In this document: one piece after another, positions 7,401 to 15,680 of the stretch
Position numbering within the stretch: the first letter of the stretch is position 1
Layout of the letters: each line of letters opens with the position of its first letter
UHGV virus genome: UHGV-0171332
Direction: 5' to 3' (one strand)
DNA length: 18,525 nt
Source of the DNA: a virus
Notes under the pieces: generated by a model
Told to the model about the DNA's origin: nothing
What the model saw: the letters and a program-made list of their open reading frames with translations, nothing else
Databases searched by the model: none
Made by a program: the position numbers and the translations under genes

Positions 7401-10400
7401 AGCCGTAACATGCAGAAATGGATCAGCATTGTTAAAAGCGGTCGCGAAGCTACTGCCGGTATGCTGGAGGGGAAAATTCCGGCAGCGAAACTGGCTGATA
7501 TGATGGACAGTAAGCCGGGGTTACGGAGCATGTCGGATACCTGGAAACTGCTCCGTACGCTTTCTGCATTGCAGATTGATAAAGCATCCGGCTATCGTGT
7601 CAGGTCCGGTGTTTATTCGTTTGTCGGGGGAAAACGTTACGATCCGCCGCAAATGATGTATTCGCTTCGTGATAGCAAGGGGCGCGACCTCTTTTTCTCG
7701 GAAAGCCGGGATGAGTTACTGAAAAAGGCGAAAGCATATTTCGATGAACAAGGCTCCAGAGAAAGGGAAACGCCAGCAACCTCTGCTGATGACAGAATAA
7801 CCTTTGACGTGTACCGGCATAAGGCCAGTGGCGACATTTTTATCGGTTATGGCAAAAACAGGCAGAAACTGAAGGGCGGTTTTGAGTCTGCCCGTGATGC
7901 ACATGATTATGTGCGCACACATCGTGATGAGCTGGTTAATCAGGTGAAGGCGCTGCGTGAAGTCTCGCGTGAGGAGCAGCGTAACGCCACCAACCGCGAT
8001 CGTACCGGACCAGAACGCCGCAAGGGGGATGTTTCGCCGGAGCAGTTCAGTGATGCGTTTGGTTTTCGTGGTGTGCAGTTTGGTAATTATGTGGAAAGTC
8101 CGCGTCGTCAGGCTGATTTGAACCGGGCTTATGACTCGCTGCATGACCTGGCTGACGTGCTGAACGTGCCGACAAAAGCGCTTTCTCTGAACGGTCGTCT
8201 TGGGCTTGCTTTTGGTGCCCGTGGTAAGGGTAAGGCGGCGGCACACTATGAGCCGGGTGAGGTGGCAATCAACCTGACAAAAGGTAACGGACCGGGGGCG
8301 CTGGCCCACGAATGGTTCCATTCACTGGATAATTATTTTGGTCGTTATGATGTTTCCACTGACGGGAAGATCACGTCAGGTGGCGACTATATGACGGAAG
8401 CACAGCGTGCCGGGCGCGTATTTAAAGACGGCAGGTATGTTGATGCGGAATATCCGGTACGTCAGGAGGTTTACGACGCGTTTAAAGGCGTGATGAAAGC
8501 CATTAACAGCAGTGACATGTTGCGTCGTTCTGAACGCCTGGATGGCGTTCGTTCAAAACCGTACTGGTCAACGGATGTTGAAATGGCGGCGCGAGCCTTT
8601 GAGCGTTATGTTCAGGATAAAGCGCGTATGGCTGGCGTGGAGAATGATTATCTGGTCAATATCCGTAAGGCGGATGACCATGGACAGCCGGACACCTACG
8701 CTTATCCGACGAATGCAGAACTGGATGGCGGTATTCGTGAGGCATTCGATCACTTGTTCCGAACACTGAAAACCCGTGAGACGGACAAGGGAGTTGCGTT
8801 TTATTCCCGTAAGGGCGTGACCCGCACACCTGAAGGCAATCTGATTTCGGATGTTAACCGCAGTGCGGAAGCCAAAGGCAGTCCGGTCCCGCAGGTTGAA
8901 GCTGTTGCCCGTGGCGTGATTAGTGGCATTAAGGACAGTGACCTGAAGGTCCGCGTGGTGAAGTCACAGAAAGAGGCTGAAGCACTGGCGGGTGAATCAT
9001 TCGACGGTTACGGCAAGGTGCACGCGTTCTATCGTCCGGATAAACGTGAAATTGTCCTGGTGGCGGATAACATCCCTGACGGGCGGACCGTTCGCGAGAA
9101 GTTACGTCACGAGATTATTCACCATGCAATGGAGCATGTAGTCACGCCAGCGGAATATCAGACGATTATTAAGACCGTGCTGAAAACCCGTGACAGTGAT
9201 AACGCCACCATCCGTGAAGCCTGGCGTAAGGTTGATGCGTCTTATGGTAAGGAATCACCGGAAGTGCAGGCGGGTGAATTTCTGGCGCATATGGCAGAGA
9301 AGCAGCCGATTAAATTCGTGGCGGCATGGGAGCGTGTTGTTGCCCTGGTCAAAGGGGTACTGCGTCGTACGGGGTTACTGAAGCCGACGGAACTGAACGA
9401 TATCAGACTTGTTCGCGAAACTATTCGCACGTTAGGCCAGCGTGTGCGGGAAGGTTACACGCCGCGTGAGGATGGCGCGGACGCATCGTCTCAGTACTCC
9501 CGTAGCGGTAAGCCTGATCCGTTCAAAGTGCCGGAAGGTGAGGGCGAGCGTTATCGTGATGACCTTGCCAGAATGATGAAGTCTCTGCGCACCACAGATT
9601 TAACGGTAAACATCGGGCGTACGCCGCCGGTATTGCGTCACCTTGGCGCACCAGATTTGCCGCTGGTTATCTCCCGCGACACTGTGCGTAAGGCCACCAA
9701 TGGAGTGAAACATGTGGTGCCGATGGATGTTATCGAGAGACTACCGGAACTGATGCACGATCCGGATGCAATTTACCGTTCCGCGACAGAAAGAAATGCG
9801 GTTGTGATGCTGCTTGATGCCATGGATAAAAATGGTGATCCTGTAGTGTCAGCGGTACACATGAAGGCTGTCCGGTCGCGCCTGGAAATCAACAAGGTAG
9901 CTTCGGTTTACGGTACGGAAGGAGGAATGAATAAGGCAAATAGTCTGGATAAAGCCGGATTAACGCTTTACCGGAAGAAAAAATTAAGCCGCGATAACCT
10001 TCTGCACAGAGGGCTTCAATTGCCCAAAGGGGAACATTCTTATCGCGGCTCTGTAGATAAAATACTCTATCCTGAAGATATTCGCAAGGGGCCGTATTAC
10101 TCCCGCACCAGCAGTCTGACGCCGGAAGAGACAATTGCATCCCGTTTTGTTCGCCAGATGCAGGATAAATTCCAGGTGCTGAAGGCGGTGCAGGAGAATA
10201 TCCGTAAAACTGGCGGAAAAATAGATGACAGCAATAACGCCTATATGGCTGAAGAACTCTTCCACGGGAAGGCGGAAAACGACCTGAACGTAATGAAGGA
10301 GCGCTACGTTCAGCCGCTGGCCAAATTGCTGGCGGACTACAAAATTGCGCAGGCCGATCTGGATGAGTACCTCTACGCCCGTCACGCGCCGGAACGTAAC

Positions 10401-12842
10401 GCGCATATTGCGAAAATCAACCCGAAAATGCCGGACGGCGGTTCGGGGATGACCAACGCGGAAGCGGCGGAAATCATGCAGCGTGTGCGTAACAGCGGCA
10501 AACAGGCACAGTATGACCGTCTGGCAGGGATTATTGACGATATGCTGGCCCGTCGCCGTGAGATTATCCGTGAGGCAGGACTGGAAGAGAGCGGCGTGGT
10601 GGATGCCTGGCAGAAAGCCTACCGTTACTACGTCCCCCTGAAAGGGCAGGATGTTGACGGTGTGGTGTCACTGCCACGTACAGGCAAGGGATTCACCATC
10701 GGCGGGCGTGAAAGTAAGCAGGCCATGGGGCGTGCATCCCGCGCACAGTCTCCTTCCACTCAGGCGATACAGGATTTGAGTGAATCGCTGATCCGCAATC
10801 GCAAAAATGAAGTGGGTAACGCCTTCCTGAAACTGGTACAGGATAATCCCGACAAGGATTACTGGCAGGTATTCACTGATGACAGACCGGATACAATGCG
10901 TGTGATTGCAGAGCGCAAGGACCAGGAAACTGGTGAAACCATTCGCGAAGTTGTCGAGCGCCCTGTGCCGATGGCAATGATGGCGGATCGCTACTTCACC
11001 ACCAAAAAGGACGGCAAAACTTACTACATTAAACTTCATGATCCGCGCCTGATGCGTGCGATGAAGAACATGGGGCCGGAAACCAGTAACGCCGTAATCC
11101 GTACGCTGGGGAAAGTTAACCGCTTCCTGGCAACGGTGAACACGTCGTATAACCCGGAATTTCTGGTCAGTAACTTCATCCGTGACGTGCAGACTGCGGT
11201 GATGAACCTGAAGGCTGAGCAGGGAAGAAGCGACGGCAAACTGAAAGGGCTGGATAACTTATCCGCGCTGGCTGTGGTGAAAGACAGCCGTTCCGCCATG
11301 TCAGCCGTATACGCAAGTCTGCGGGGTAAAACCCTCACGGGCAAAGGCGCACAGTGGCAGAAAGTGTGGAAAGAGTTTGTTGAGGACGGAGGTAAAACCG
11401 GCTGGTTTAACATGGGTGACCTTGAGGGCCAGCAGAAGGAAATGGATCGCCTTGTGTCGCTGGCGAAGGGCGGATGGAAAGGCCAGAGTATCGGTGCATG
11501 GCATTCGTTCCTGAACCTGGTCGAGGATGCCAACGGCGCGGTTGAAAACGCTCTGCGTCTTTCTGCCTATAAACACGCCCGTGATGCCGGTTTGTCACGC
11601 CAGCAGGCGGCGTCTCTTGCCAAAAACATGACGGTGAACTTTAACCGTCGTGGTGAGCAGGGGATGCTGATGAACTCGCTGTACATGTTTGCCAACGCCA
11701 GCATTCAGGGGACCGCAAACCTGGTGAGAACGCTCGGACATCTTAATGGCGACGGGCCGTTACTGGAGCGCCTTCGCTGGAAGAATCTCAATGTACCGCA
11801 GAAAATCGTGCTTGCAGCTGTGGGAGCGGGTTATCTGCTTGGCTCGCTTAACCGCAGTGTGGCGGGTGAGGATGATGACGGGGTTAACTGGTACGACAAA
11901 GTACCGTCTCATGTGAAAGAGCGTAACCTCGTCATCATGAAATCGATGTTCGGGGGCAAGGCCGGTGAGTACTGGAGTATTCCTCTGCCTTACGGGTACA
12001 ACGTGTTCTTCCTGCTTGGTCATACAGCTGAAGGTGTGGCAGCGGGCGACCTGACTGCTTCACGTGCTGCCGGTAATGTTGTCGGCGGTATCCTGGGAGC
12101 ATTCAGCCCGATCGGCAGCGAGACGTCGGAAACGTTGTCGGGGGCATTGCTGAAAAACGCAGCACCGACCATTCTGCGTCCGTTTGCGAACCTTGCCATG
12201 AATGAAAACTTCATGGGGGCGCAGATTTACCAGGAGAACATGCCGTTTGGTACACCAAAACCTGACAGCCAGCTGGGAAGACGTTCAACGCCAGAAGCGT
12301 ACAAGGCGTTTGCATCCTGGCTGAATGCGTTCTCAGGTGGCAGCCAGTATCGTCCCGGCGCGGTGGATATCACACCGGAATCGCTGAAATTCTGGATTGA
12401 CTATATCTCCGGAGGGACAGGGCGCTTCATTTCCAAAACCACGGATGCGGCGGTGAAATCGCTGAATGGTATTGATATACCGGAACAGCAGGTGCCCTTC
12501 CTGGGGAAAATTTCGGGTGAGGTGATGCCGTATGCAGACCAGCAGAAGATGTACGACCGGATGACAGAGGTTGCGCAGTATCACGCAGAGCTGAAGAGTC
12601 TGACCGGTGCAGAAAGAACGGCGTTCATTGACGAGAACAACGGAAAATTGTTGATGAACGGGCTTATGCAGGATACCCGGAAGAGACTGAAGGATTTGCG
12701 CAAACAGCGCGATGCCATTTATGCCGACAGTTCTCTCAGTCTGGCGCAGCAGGCGGCGATGGTGAAATCGGTAGAGCGGGATATGAAGGTTGCCGTGGAT
12801 CGGTTTAACCGCGAGTACAACAAAAAAGTGGGAGTGGATTAA
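4488..12842 (+). CDS. Giant multi-domain protein (2784 aa) with two HExxH (zincin-like) motifs, a Pro/Glu/Gln-rich low-complexity linker and hydrophobic Gly/Ala segments; function unknown
   Basis: Uninterrupted 8355-nt ORF with GGAG SD. HEWFH at aa 1274-1278 (nt 8307-8321) and HEIIH at aa 1541-1545 (nt 9108-9122). Gly/Ala hydrophobic stretch EGAALGAAMGAPFGAAAGY at aa 408-426 (nt 5709-5765). C-terminal hydrophobic segments near aa 2438-2454 and 2529-2545. No Walker A or methyltransferase motif seen. Coding status is high confidence; functional assignment is low. Confidence 0.85.
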   Translation: MAYSDEQRPEAQFGNQSRNSLNIQQPGETDSYDVFFSDPNRWKDNSTSFSLGDVLPTMGKGVAQSVRGTGEMARGLGDAMIQSPVKTGVRILNEFSRMGLPGVATVQDIFVGGSKGADEVIDTLPDGKNAVTDTVGKGLKVTGKAVSGGAKASDEWLTGKMSPGAQRALNTPMTEGYDDSAVWVAKGVNLIGALVPDMVAGGVTKKLGDVTLRKVLTAGLEKKYIAAGMQPERATALAAEAVDKKMPDFFQAGLITHSTVSAQGRSAMAAADAVLNADYSELAKSPKFQQTFLSIDADPQHAQLTDRQKMDLAKERVADEVRAQLATDPELLAVNAMAAKLGDAQLLNLAMRGTAKTVKSGIVRNATEQGTINAAQGGYSRYQENTALRETAGMDVSPWEGVADATIEGAALGAAMGAPFGAAAGYRGKRQAADEAAMREAESVPQDESAPQPEPVDPVAQHRESMQGMNREQLLEQYADADMAHEGDTSAVHRREAASQLLNELDEQAKRQAVMDELKAKPRPELLEEYRKLSQKEGRTDTEEQQLQAIRDVLRPQREARPEAQPQPENADDGDGSIYPTVRFRDPDEVRIEINESGASRPAERIEKVRPDNRYFTDEKSALGSDVFRNASATGLKPSVVKKGENQYAVEMDNPAFSEDVATETINTLADGERITDADPMEQPAFMRDPRFRGFTGDDTEVQARLARGNAPTAEELVRSQMAEGDAGPTAQELTERPRLPAPGDIHPGQGYPLPGEVARTPDENQAGRGGRFTTTGEVKGQSFQKGRAQAPENAAGRQGEILEGETVRRGLPSPDEQNATAPVREGLPAPESQRGVDMPQPESLPRMVRDSLPELAQQAEARRQTGDNRQTITDVPDTEVPVPVDKPSTHQQARGAKIEDFGEEIKGAAKHRYAQLAEAMGKTLEDGEYATQPLSKLFPKPDYARLEKEGVDSDTLAMMALYRSEIPTRTSRNMQKWISIVKSGREATAGMLEGKIPAAKLADMMDSKPGLRSMSDTWKLLRTLSALQIDKASGYRVRSGVYSFVGGKRYDPPQMMYSLRDSKGRDLFFSESRDELLKKAKAYFDEQGSRERETPATSADDRITFDVYRHKASGDIFIGYGKNRQKLKGGFESARDAHDYVRTHRDELVNQVKALREVSREEQRNATNRDRTGPERRKGDVSPEQFSDAFGFRGVQFGNYVESPRRQADLNRAYDSLHDLADVLNVPTKALSLNGRLGLAFGARGKGKAAAHYEPGEVAINLTKGNGPGALAHEWFHSLDNYFGRYDVSTDGKITSGGDYMTEAQRAGRVFKDGRYVDAEYPVRQEVYDAFKGVMKAINSSDMLRRSERLDGVRSKPYWSTDVEMAARAFERYVQDKARMAGVENDYLVNIRKADDHGQPDTYAYPTNAELDGGIREAFDHLFRTLKTRETDKGVAFYSRKGVTRTPEGNLISDVNRSAEAKGSPVPQVEAVARGVISGIKDSDLKVRVVKSQKEAEALAGESFDGYGKVHAFYRPDKREIVLVADNIPDGRTVREKLRHEIIHHAMEHVVTPAEYQTIIKTVLKTRDSDNATIREAWRKVDASYGKESPEVQAGEFLAHMAEKQPIKFVAAWERVVALVKGVLRRTGLLKPTELNDIRLVRETIRTLGQRVREGYTPREDGADASSQYSRSGKPDPFKVPEGEGERYRDDLARMMKSLRTTDLTVNIGRTPPVLRHLGAPDLPLVISRDTVRKATNGVKHVVPMDVIERLPELMHDPDAIYRSATERNAVVMLLDAMDKNGDPVVSAVHMKAVRSRLEINKVASVYGTEGGMNKANSLDKAGLTLYRKKKLSRDNLLHRGLQLPKGEHSYRGSVDKILYPEDIRKGPYYSRTSSLTPEETIASRFVRQMQDKFQVLKAVQENIRKTGGKIDDSNNAYMAEELFHGKAENDLNVMKERYVQPLAKLLADYKIAQADLDEYLYARHAPERNAHIAKINPKMPDGGSGMTNAEAAEIMQRVRNSGKQAQYDRLAGIIDDMLARRREIIREAGLEESGVVDAWQKAYRYYVPLKGQDVDGVVSLPRTGKGFTIGGRESKQAMGRASRAQSPSTQAIQDLSESLIRNRKNEVGNAFLKLVQDNPDKDYWQVFTDDRPDTMRVIAERKDQETGETIREVVERPVPMAMMADRYFTTKKDGKTYYIKLHDPRLMRAMKNMGPETSNAVIRTLGKVNRFLATVNTSYNPEFLVSNFIRDVQTAVMNLKAEQGRSDGKLKGLDNLSALAVVKDSRSAMSAVYASLRGKTLTGKGAQWQKVWKEFVEDGGKTGWFNMGDLEGQQKEMDRLVSLAKGGWKGQSIGAWHSFLNLVEDANGAVENALRLSAYKHARDAGLSRQQAASLAKNMTVNFNRRGEQGMLMNSLYMFANASIQGTANLVRTLGHLNGDGPLLERLRWKNLNVPQKIVLAAVGAGYLLGSLNRSVAGEDDDGVNWYDKVPSHVKERNLVIMKSMFGGKAGEYWSIPLPYGYNVFFLLGHTAEGVAAGDLTASRAAGNVVGGILGAFSPIGSETSETLSGALLKNAAPTILRPFANLAMNENFMGAQIYQENMPFGTPKPDSQLGRRSTPEAYKAFASWLNAFSGGSQYRPGAVDITPESLKFWIDYISGGTGRFISKTTDAAVKSLNGIDIPEQQVPFLGKISGEVMPYADQQKMYDRMTEVAQYHAELKSLTGAERTAFIDENNGKLLMNGLMQDTRKRLKDLRKQRDAIYADSSLSLAQQAAMVKSVERDMKVAVDRFNREYNKKVGVD

Positions 12843-12965
12843 CAGAAATGGCCCCGTACGGAAGTGCGGGGCTGATTAAGAAATAAACACACATTAACCT
12901 GTAATAACCGGAGCTATTAACATATAGTCAGAAAGAGTGTTTCATGTGAGACAGAGAGCCGATTT

Positions 12966-13184
12966 ATGTTTAATGAAGAAAAAGTTGCGCAAATGGCAGC
13001 GTATTTGCTGAAAAAGCATGGCGGATCTATGCGTTTCATTAAGCTGATGAAGCTGATGAAGCTGATGAAGCTGATGAAGCTGATGTATCTCTCTGACCGC
13101 AAAGCAATGGAGTCTTTAACCGGGAAGGGGAGAGGTTTGAATGCTCCCCCACAATTCCCCGGCATCAAATCTCCATGCAGGTGA
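12966..13184 (+). pseudogene. Truncated Panacea/SocA-like (DUF4065-type) phage-associated gene fragment carrying an in-frame repeat expansion
   Basis: The N-terminus MFNEEKVAQMAAYLLKKHGG...KLMKLMYLSDR resembles the start of Panacea-domain proteins as I recall them (KLQKLLY-type helix). The ORF stops after 72 codons where it meets the 3' end of the convergent minus-strand gene block; full-length family members are roughly twice that length. Confidence 0.4.
13041..13085 (+). repeat. Perfect 9-bp tandem repeat (AAGCTGATG) x5, in frame (KLM x5)
   Basis: Five head-to-tail copies read directly in the sequence. The minus-strand reading gives the spurious ISF repeat ORF. Confidence 0.95.
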
Positions 13185-13270
13185 ACTATTTTACCCCCAG
13201 CGGCAAATCGCAAAAACAATCAGTGCGATCAAAATGGCAGCCACTACAATTGCAAATGCTTCAGGCTAGG

Positions 13271-14197
13271 TCATTGGCGTACCTCCTTCGGCGGTTCTGG
13301 TAGCGGCATCCAGTGGGTTACTTCTTTGAGATGCAGGTCTTCGCCATCACCGTCATCCCAAGTGGGATTGCCATCATTAAACCAGTCGCCATATACGCCG
13401 ACCTGAGTGTTGGGGATGCTTGGTGGGTAGTTGTTTTTAAAGTCAGCTGCTAACACATAGTATTGTCGCTCTCCCATTTCTGGCATTCGATCACTACAGC
13501 TTATCCAACCATCCGGAGTTACCGGAACTGGCGGAACGGCTGTTTGCTCTCGAACGTCATTAGTCGCTATCGGTTCTGCTGCCAACTGACTGGCATATTT
13601 GTTAATGGTAACGATAAGCTCTTGCTCAGCCTCATCCAGACAATCACCGATACCTCGCCTGTCACCGTCAAAATCATCGAAATCGGCACGAATCTTGGCA
13701 ACCTTCAGGATTGCGGACAACACCTCACTAGGAATTACCGGATAGTTGGTTGACGTTTCCGCGATTTCCCGAAAATTATTGGTTGACGAATTCTTGTTTT
13801 CCCGAAAGTTTCCGGACTGAAGCATAGCGGCACGGCAGGCGTTCCAGCCTCTCACCTCTGCAATAGCGGCAACAGCATCAACCGCGTACATGCTAAGAGG
13901 ATTAGGCATTGGTTTTTCTTCCGGTACTACTGGTGCTGGAGGGGCGGCGTAAATGCCCTCTATCACTAAATGTTTGCGCTCAAAATCATCTGGCTCTCGA
14001 TGATATACGTAACTCCAATCACCAAGGTTATCATTGCGCCTGCAACGGAAACCTATCGGCTCGGCTTCCAGCGCTGCCAGTGCAATTCGTGCCAGTTCTT
14101 CCGCTTCTTCTGCTGGCAGTACAACGTTGCTACCCGGTCCGTATGTTTCGCGCCACTGCTTGATTGTCAGCAGTCGCCCTTTGGTAATAGTGATCAT
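13271..14197 (-). CDS. DUF551-domain protein, Ead/Ea22-region type (308 aa)
   Basis: C-terminal region DGWISCSDRMPE...YYVLAADF...THWMPLPEPP matches the DUF551 signature as I recall it. Its stop lies at the convergence junction and its start overlaps the upstream gene stop by 4 nt (ATGA), indicating an operon. Confidence 0.7.
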   Translation of the reverse strand: MITITKGRLLTIKQWRETYGPGSNVVLPAEEAEELARIALAALEAEPIGFRCRRNDNLGDWSYVYHREPDDFERKHLVIEGIYAAPPAPVVPEEKPMPNPLSMYAVDAVAAIAEVRGWNACRAAMLQSGNFRENKNSSTNNFREIAETSTNYPVIPSEVLSAILKVAKIRADFDDFDGDRRGIGDCLDEAEQELIVTINKYASQLAAEPIATNDVREQTAVPPVPVTPDGWISCSDRMPEMGERQYYVLAADFKNNYPPSIPNTQVGVYGDWFNDGNPTWDDGDGEDLHLKEVTHWMPLPEPPKEVRQ

Positions 14198-14709
14198 GCC
14201 GCGTTTCCTTCTTTCTTATTAACAATCACACCGTCATATATTTCATTAAGGTGCCCTCTCAACTCCATGCGCCTTAATGCAGATAACATGTAATCGCATT
14301 CAACCTGCTTATTCCCAGTAAATGGCTTATCGTCAGGATTACCCCAACAGCAATTACCCCTGGGCCATCCATGTACTTTCCGTACTCTTCCGTTAACAAC
14401 GTGAAGTAATCCCCAGCCGGGAGGTAAATCCTCAACTGAAATAATTTCCGGCTCACTAATAAAGAATCGCCAGTCGCCCATGCCAAGTGAGGGATTTTTA
14501 CGGAAACGCTTTTTTCTATCTGCCAACAAGTCAGCACGAGAACACTTCGCCTCTATCAGGCATGATGCTGAATTTCTGAATCCCATAGCATCTGGCTGTT
14601 CTCCGGTACTGGTTACAGCTATAAAGCGGTCATGAAAACAAACCTTGAACCCGTTGCGCTTAAGGAACTTGTACGCAATCTGACAGAGTTCGCGGTGTGT
14701 TAATGCCAT
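14194..14709 (-). CDS. Hypothetical protein with PD-(D/E)xK nuclease-like motif (171 aa)
   Basis: Motif EQPD...(12 aa)...LIEAK: a PD followed by ExK at spacing typical of the restriction-endonuclease-like fold. The C-terminal half is Cys/Trp-rich. Fold assignment is an inference from motif only. Confidence 0.55.
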   Translation of the reverse strand: MALTHRELCQIAYKFLKRNGFKVCFHDRFIAVTSTGEQPDAMGFRNSASCLIEAKCSRADLLADRKKRFRKNPSLGMGDWRFFISEPEIISVEDLPPGWGLLHVVNGRVRKVHGWPRGNCCWGNPDDKPFTGNKQVECDYMLSALRRMELRGHLNEIYDGVIVNKKEGNAA

Positions 14710-14710
14710 A

Positions 14711-15412
14711 TCACTCTCCTTTGATGCGAATGCCAGCGACGCGTAATGCGTGTTCTAGGTCAATCAGGTAAAGCCAACTGCCATTTTCTTTAGGTATCAT
14801 GACGTGGCGCTCATCATCATTTATCGGATGTCCATATCGAAGGCCGTAGCGAGTCGGCAAATGAACTTCCCGCGTTTCCAGCTCTTTAACGCGTTCCTCC
14901 AGTTCGTAGACCCTGCATTGTTCTCTATCATCAATCAGATATAACCCAAGACATTCGCTTTCTACCCAACCGCCAAAATCATGATCGTAACGCTCACATG
15001 AAAACTCACCGTCACCGTCCTTTGTTGGAATGGTGTAACTATCTAATGGGCCACCATATGTCGGCACATTTCCCAATGTTGGATGCTCAATCCACATGAA
15101 AAATGTACGTCCGGTTATTGGGCAAATATCTGGCCGCCATTGGTTACGAACAGCCTTGGTTTCGGATAATTCTTCAGCGTGTTGTTTTACTTCCTCAAGC
15201 TCAACACGCAGCTTCCCAACCGTAAGAGCAATTTCCTCGTTCTCCTGGTCGCGGCGTTTGATGTATTGCTGGTTTCTTTCCCGCTCATCCAGCAGTTCCA
15301 GCACAATCGATGGTGTTACCAATTCATGGAAAAGGTCTGCGTCAAATCCCCAGTCGTCATGCATTGCCTGCTCTGCCGCTTCACGCAGTGCCTGAGAGTT
15401 AATTTCGCTCAC
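14711..15412 (-). CDS. Ead/Ea22-like family protein (233 aa)
   Basis: N-terminus MSEINSQALREAAEQAMHDDWGFDADLFHELVTPSIVLELLDERE followed by a charged coiled-coil-like stretch, as recalled for Ea22-like proteins of E. coli lambdoid prophages. The 4-nt overlap (ATGA) with the upstream TraR-like gene fits lambda early-left organisation. Confidence 0.7.
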   Translation of the reverse strand: MSEINSQALREAAEQAMHDDWGFDADLFHELVTPSIVLELLDERERNQQYIKRRDQENEEIALTVGKLRVELEEVKQHAEELSETKAVRNQWRPDICPITGRTFFMWIEHPTLGNVPTYGGPLDSYTIPTKDGDGEFSCERYDHDFGGWVESECLGLYLIDDREQCRVYELEERVKELETREVHLPTRYGLRYGHPINDDERHVMIPKENGSWLYLIDLEHALRVAGIRIKGE

Positions 15413-15630
15413 TTCGAACCTCTCTGTTTACTGATAAGCTCCAGATCTTCCTGGCAACTTGCACAAGTCCGACAACCCTGAACGACCAGGCGTCTTCGTT
15501 CATCTATCGGATCGCCACACTCACAACAATGAGTGGCAGATATAGCCTGGTGGTTCAGGCGGCGCATTTTTATTGCTGTGTTGCGCTGTAATTCTTCAAT
15601 TTCTGATGCTGAATCAATGATGTCTGCCAT
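15409..15630 (-). CDS. TraR/DksA-family C4 zinc-finger protein (73 aa), phage TraR-like (lambda orf73-type)
   Basis: CCECGDPIDERRRLVVQGCRTCASCQ contains the CxxC...CxxC zinc ribbon with the conserved acidic tip of the DksA/TraR family. The size matches phage and plasmid TraR proteins. Confidence 0.8.
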   Translation of the reverse strand: MADIIDSASEIEELQRNTAIKMRRLNHQAISATHCCECGDPIDERRRLVVQGCRTCASCQEDLELISKQRGSK

Positions 15631-15680
15631 CTTCCATTAATCCCTGAATTGTTGGTTAATACGCTTGAGGGTGAATGCGA

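Noticed and set aside
9108-9122. HEIIH taken as evidence of an NleC-type type III effector protease
   Set aside because: A five-residue match is far too short to assign a family and the surrounding sequence is not recognisably NleC-like; it is retained only as a generic zincin-like motif within the giant protein.
4805-12584. Many 60-200 aa ORFs on both strands within the giant gene (for example 7716-8321, 9984-10406, 10668-11039, 11036-11533)
   Set aside because: All lie inside the continuous 8355-nt ORF, which has consistent composition and an SD-equipped start; none has features arguing for a nested gene.
12650-12680. GLMQ motif near the C-terminus of the giant protein as a possible lytic transglycosylase signature
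   Set aside because: It is an isolated tetrapeptide without the upstream catalytic E-S or downstream AYNxG motifs of SLT domains, so it is most likely chance.
12848-12870. Hairpin GCCCCG / CGGGGC after the giant ORF as an intrinsic terminator
   Set aside because: The stem is short with a 10-nt loop and is not followed by a T-run, so it cannot be called a rho-independent terminator; termination of the giant gene is unresolved.
13041-13085. Possible CRISPR array suggested by the short perfect repeats
   Set aside because: The units are only 9 bp and directly abutting with no spacers; the array is in frame within a coding sequence. It is a simple tandem repeat, not CRISPR.
12917-13219. Minus-strand ORF (100 aa) containing an ISFISFISFISFISL repeat
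   Set aside because: It is the antisense reading of the 9-bp tandem repeat and overlaps the better-supported plus-strand Panacea-like frame; it has no SD and no recognisable fold signal.
13185-13270. Short hydrophobic minus-strand frame (AFAIVVAAILIALIVFAICRWG) as a possible small membrane peptide
   Set aside because: There is no ATG and no SD, and only a possible internal GTG start; it lies in the junction scar and is most likely non-coding.
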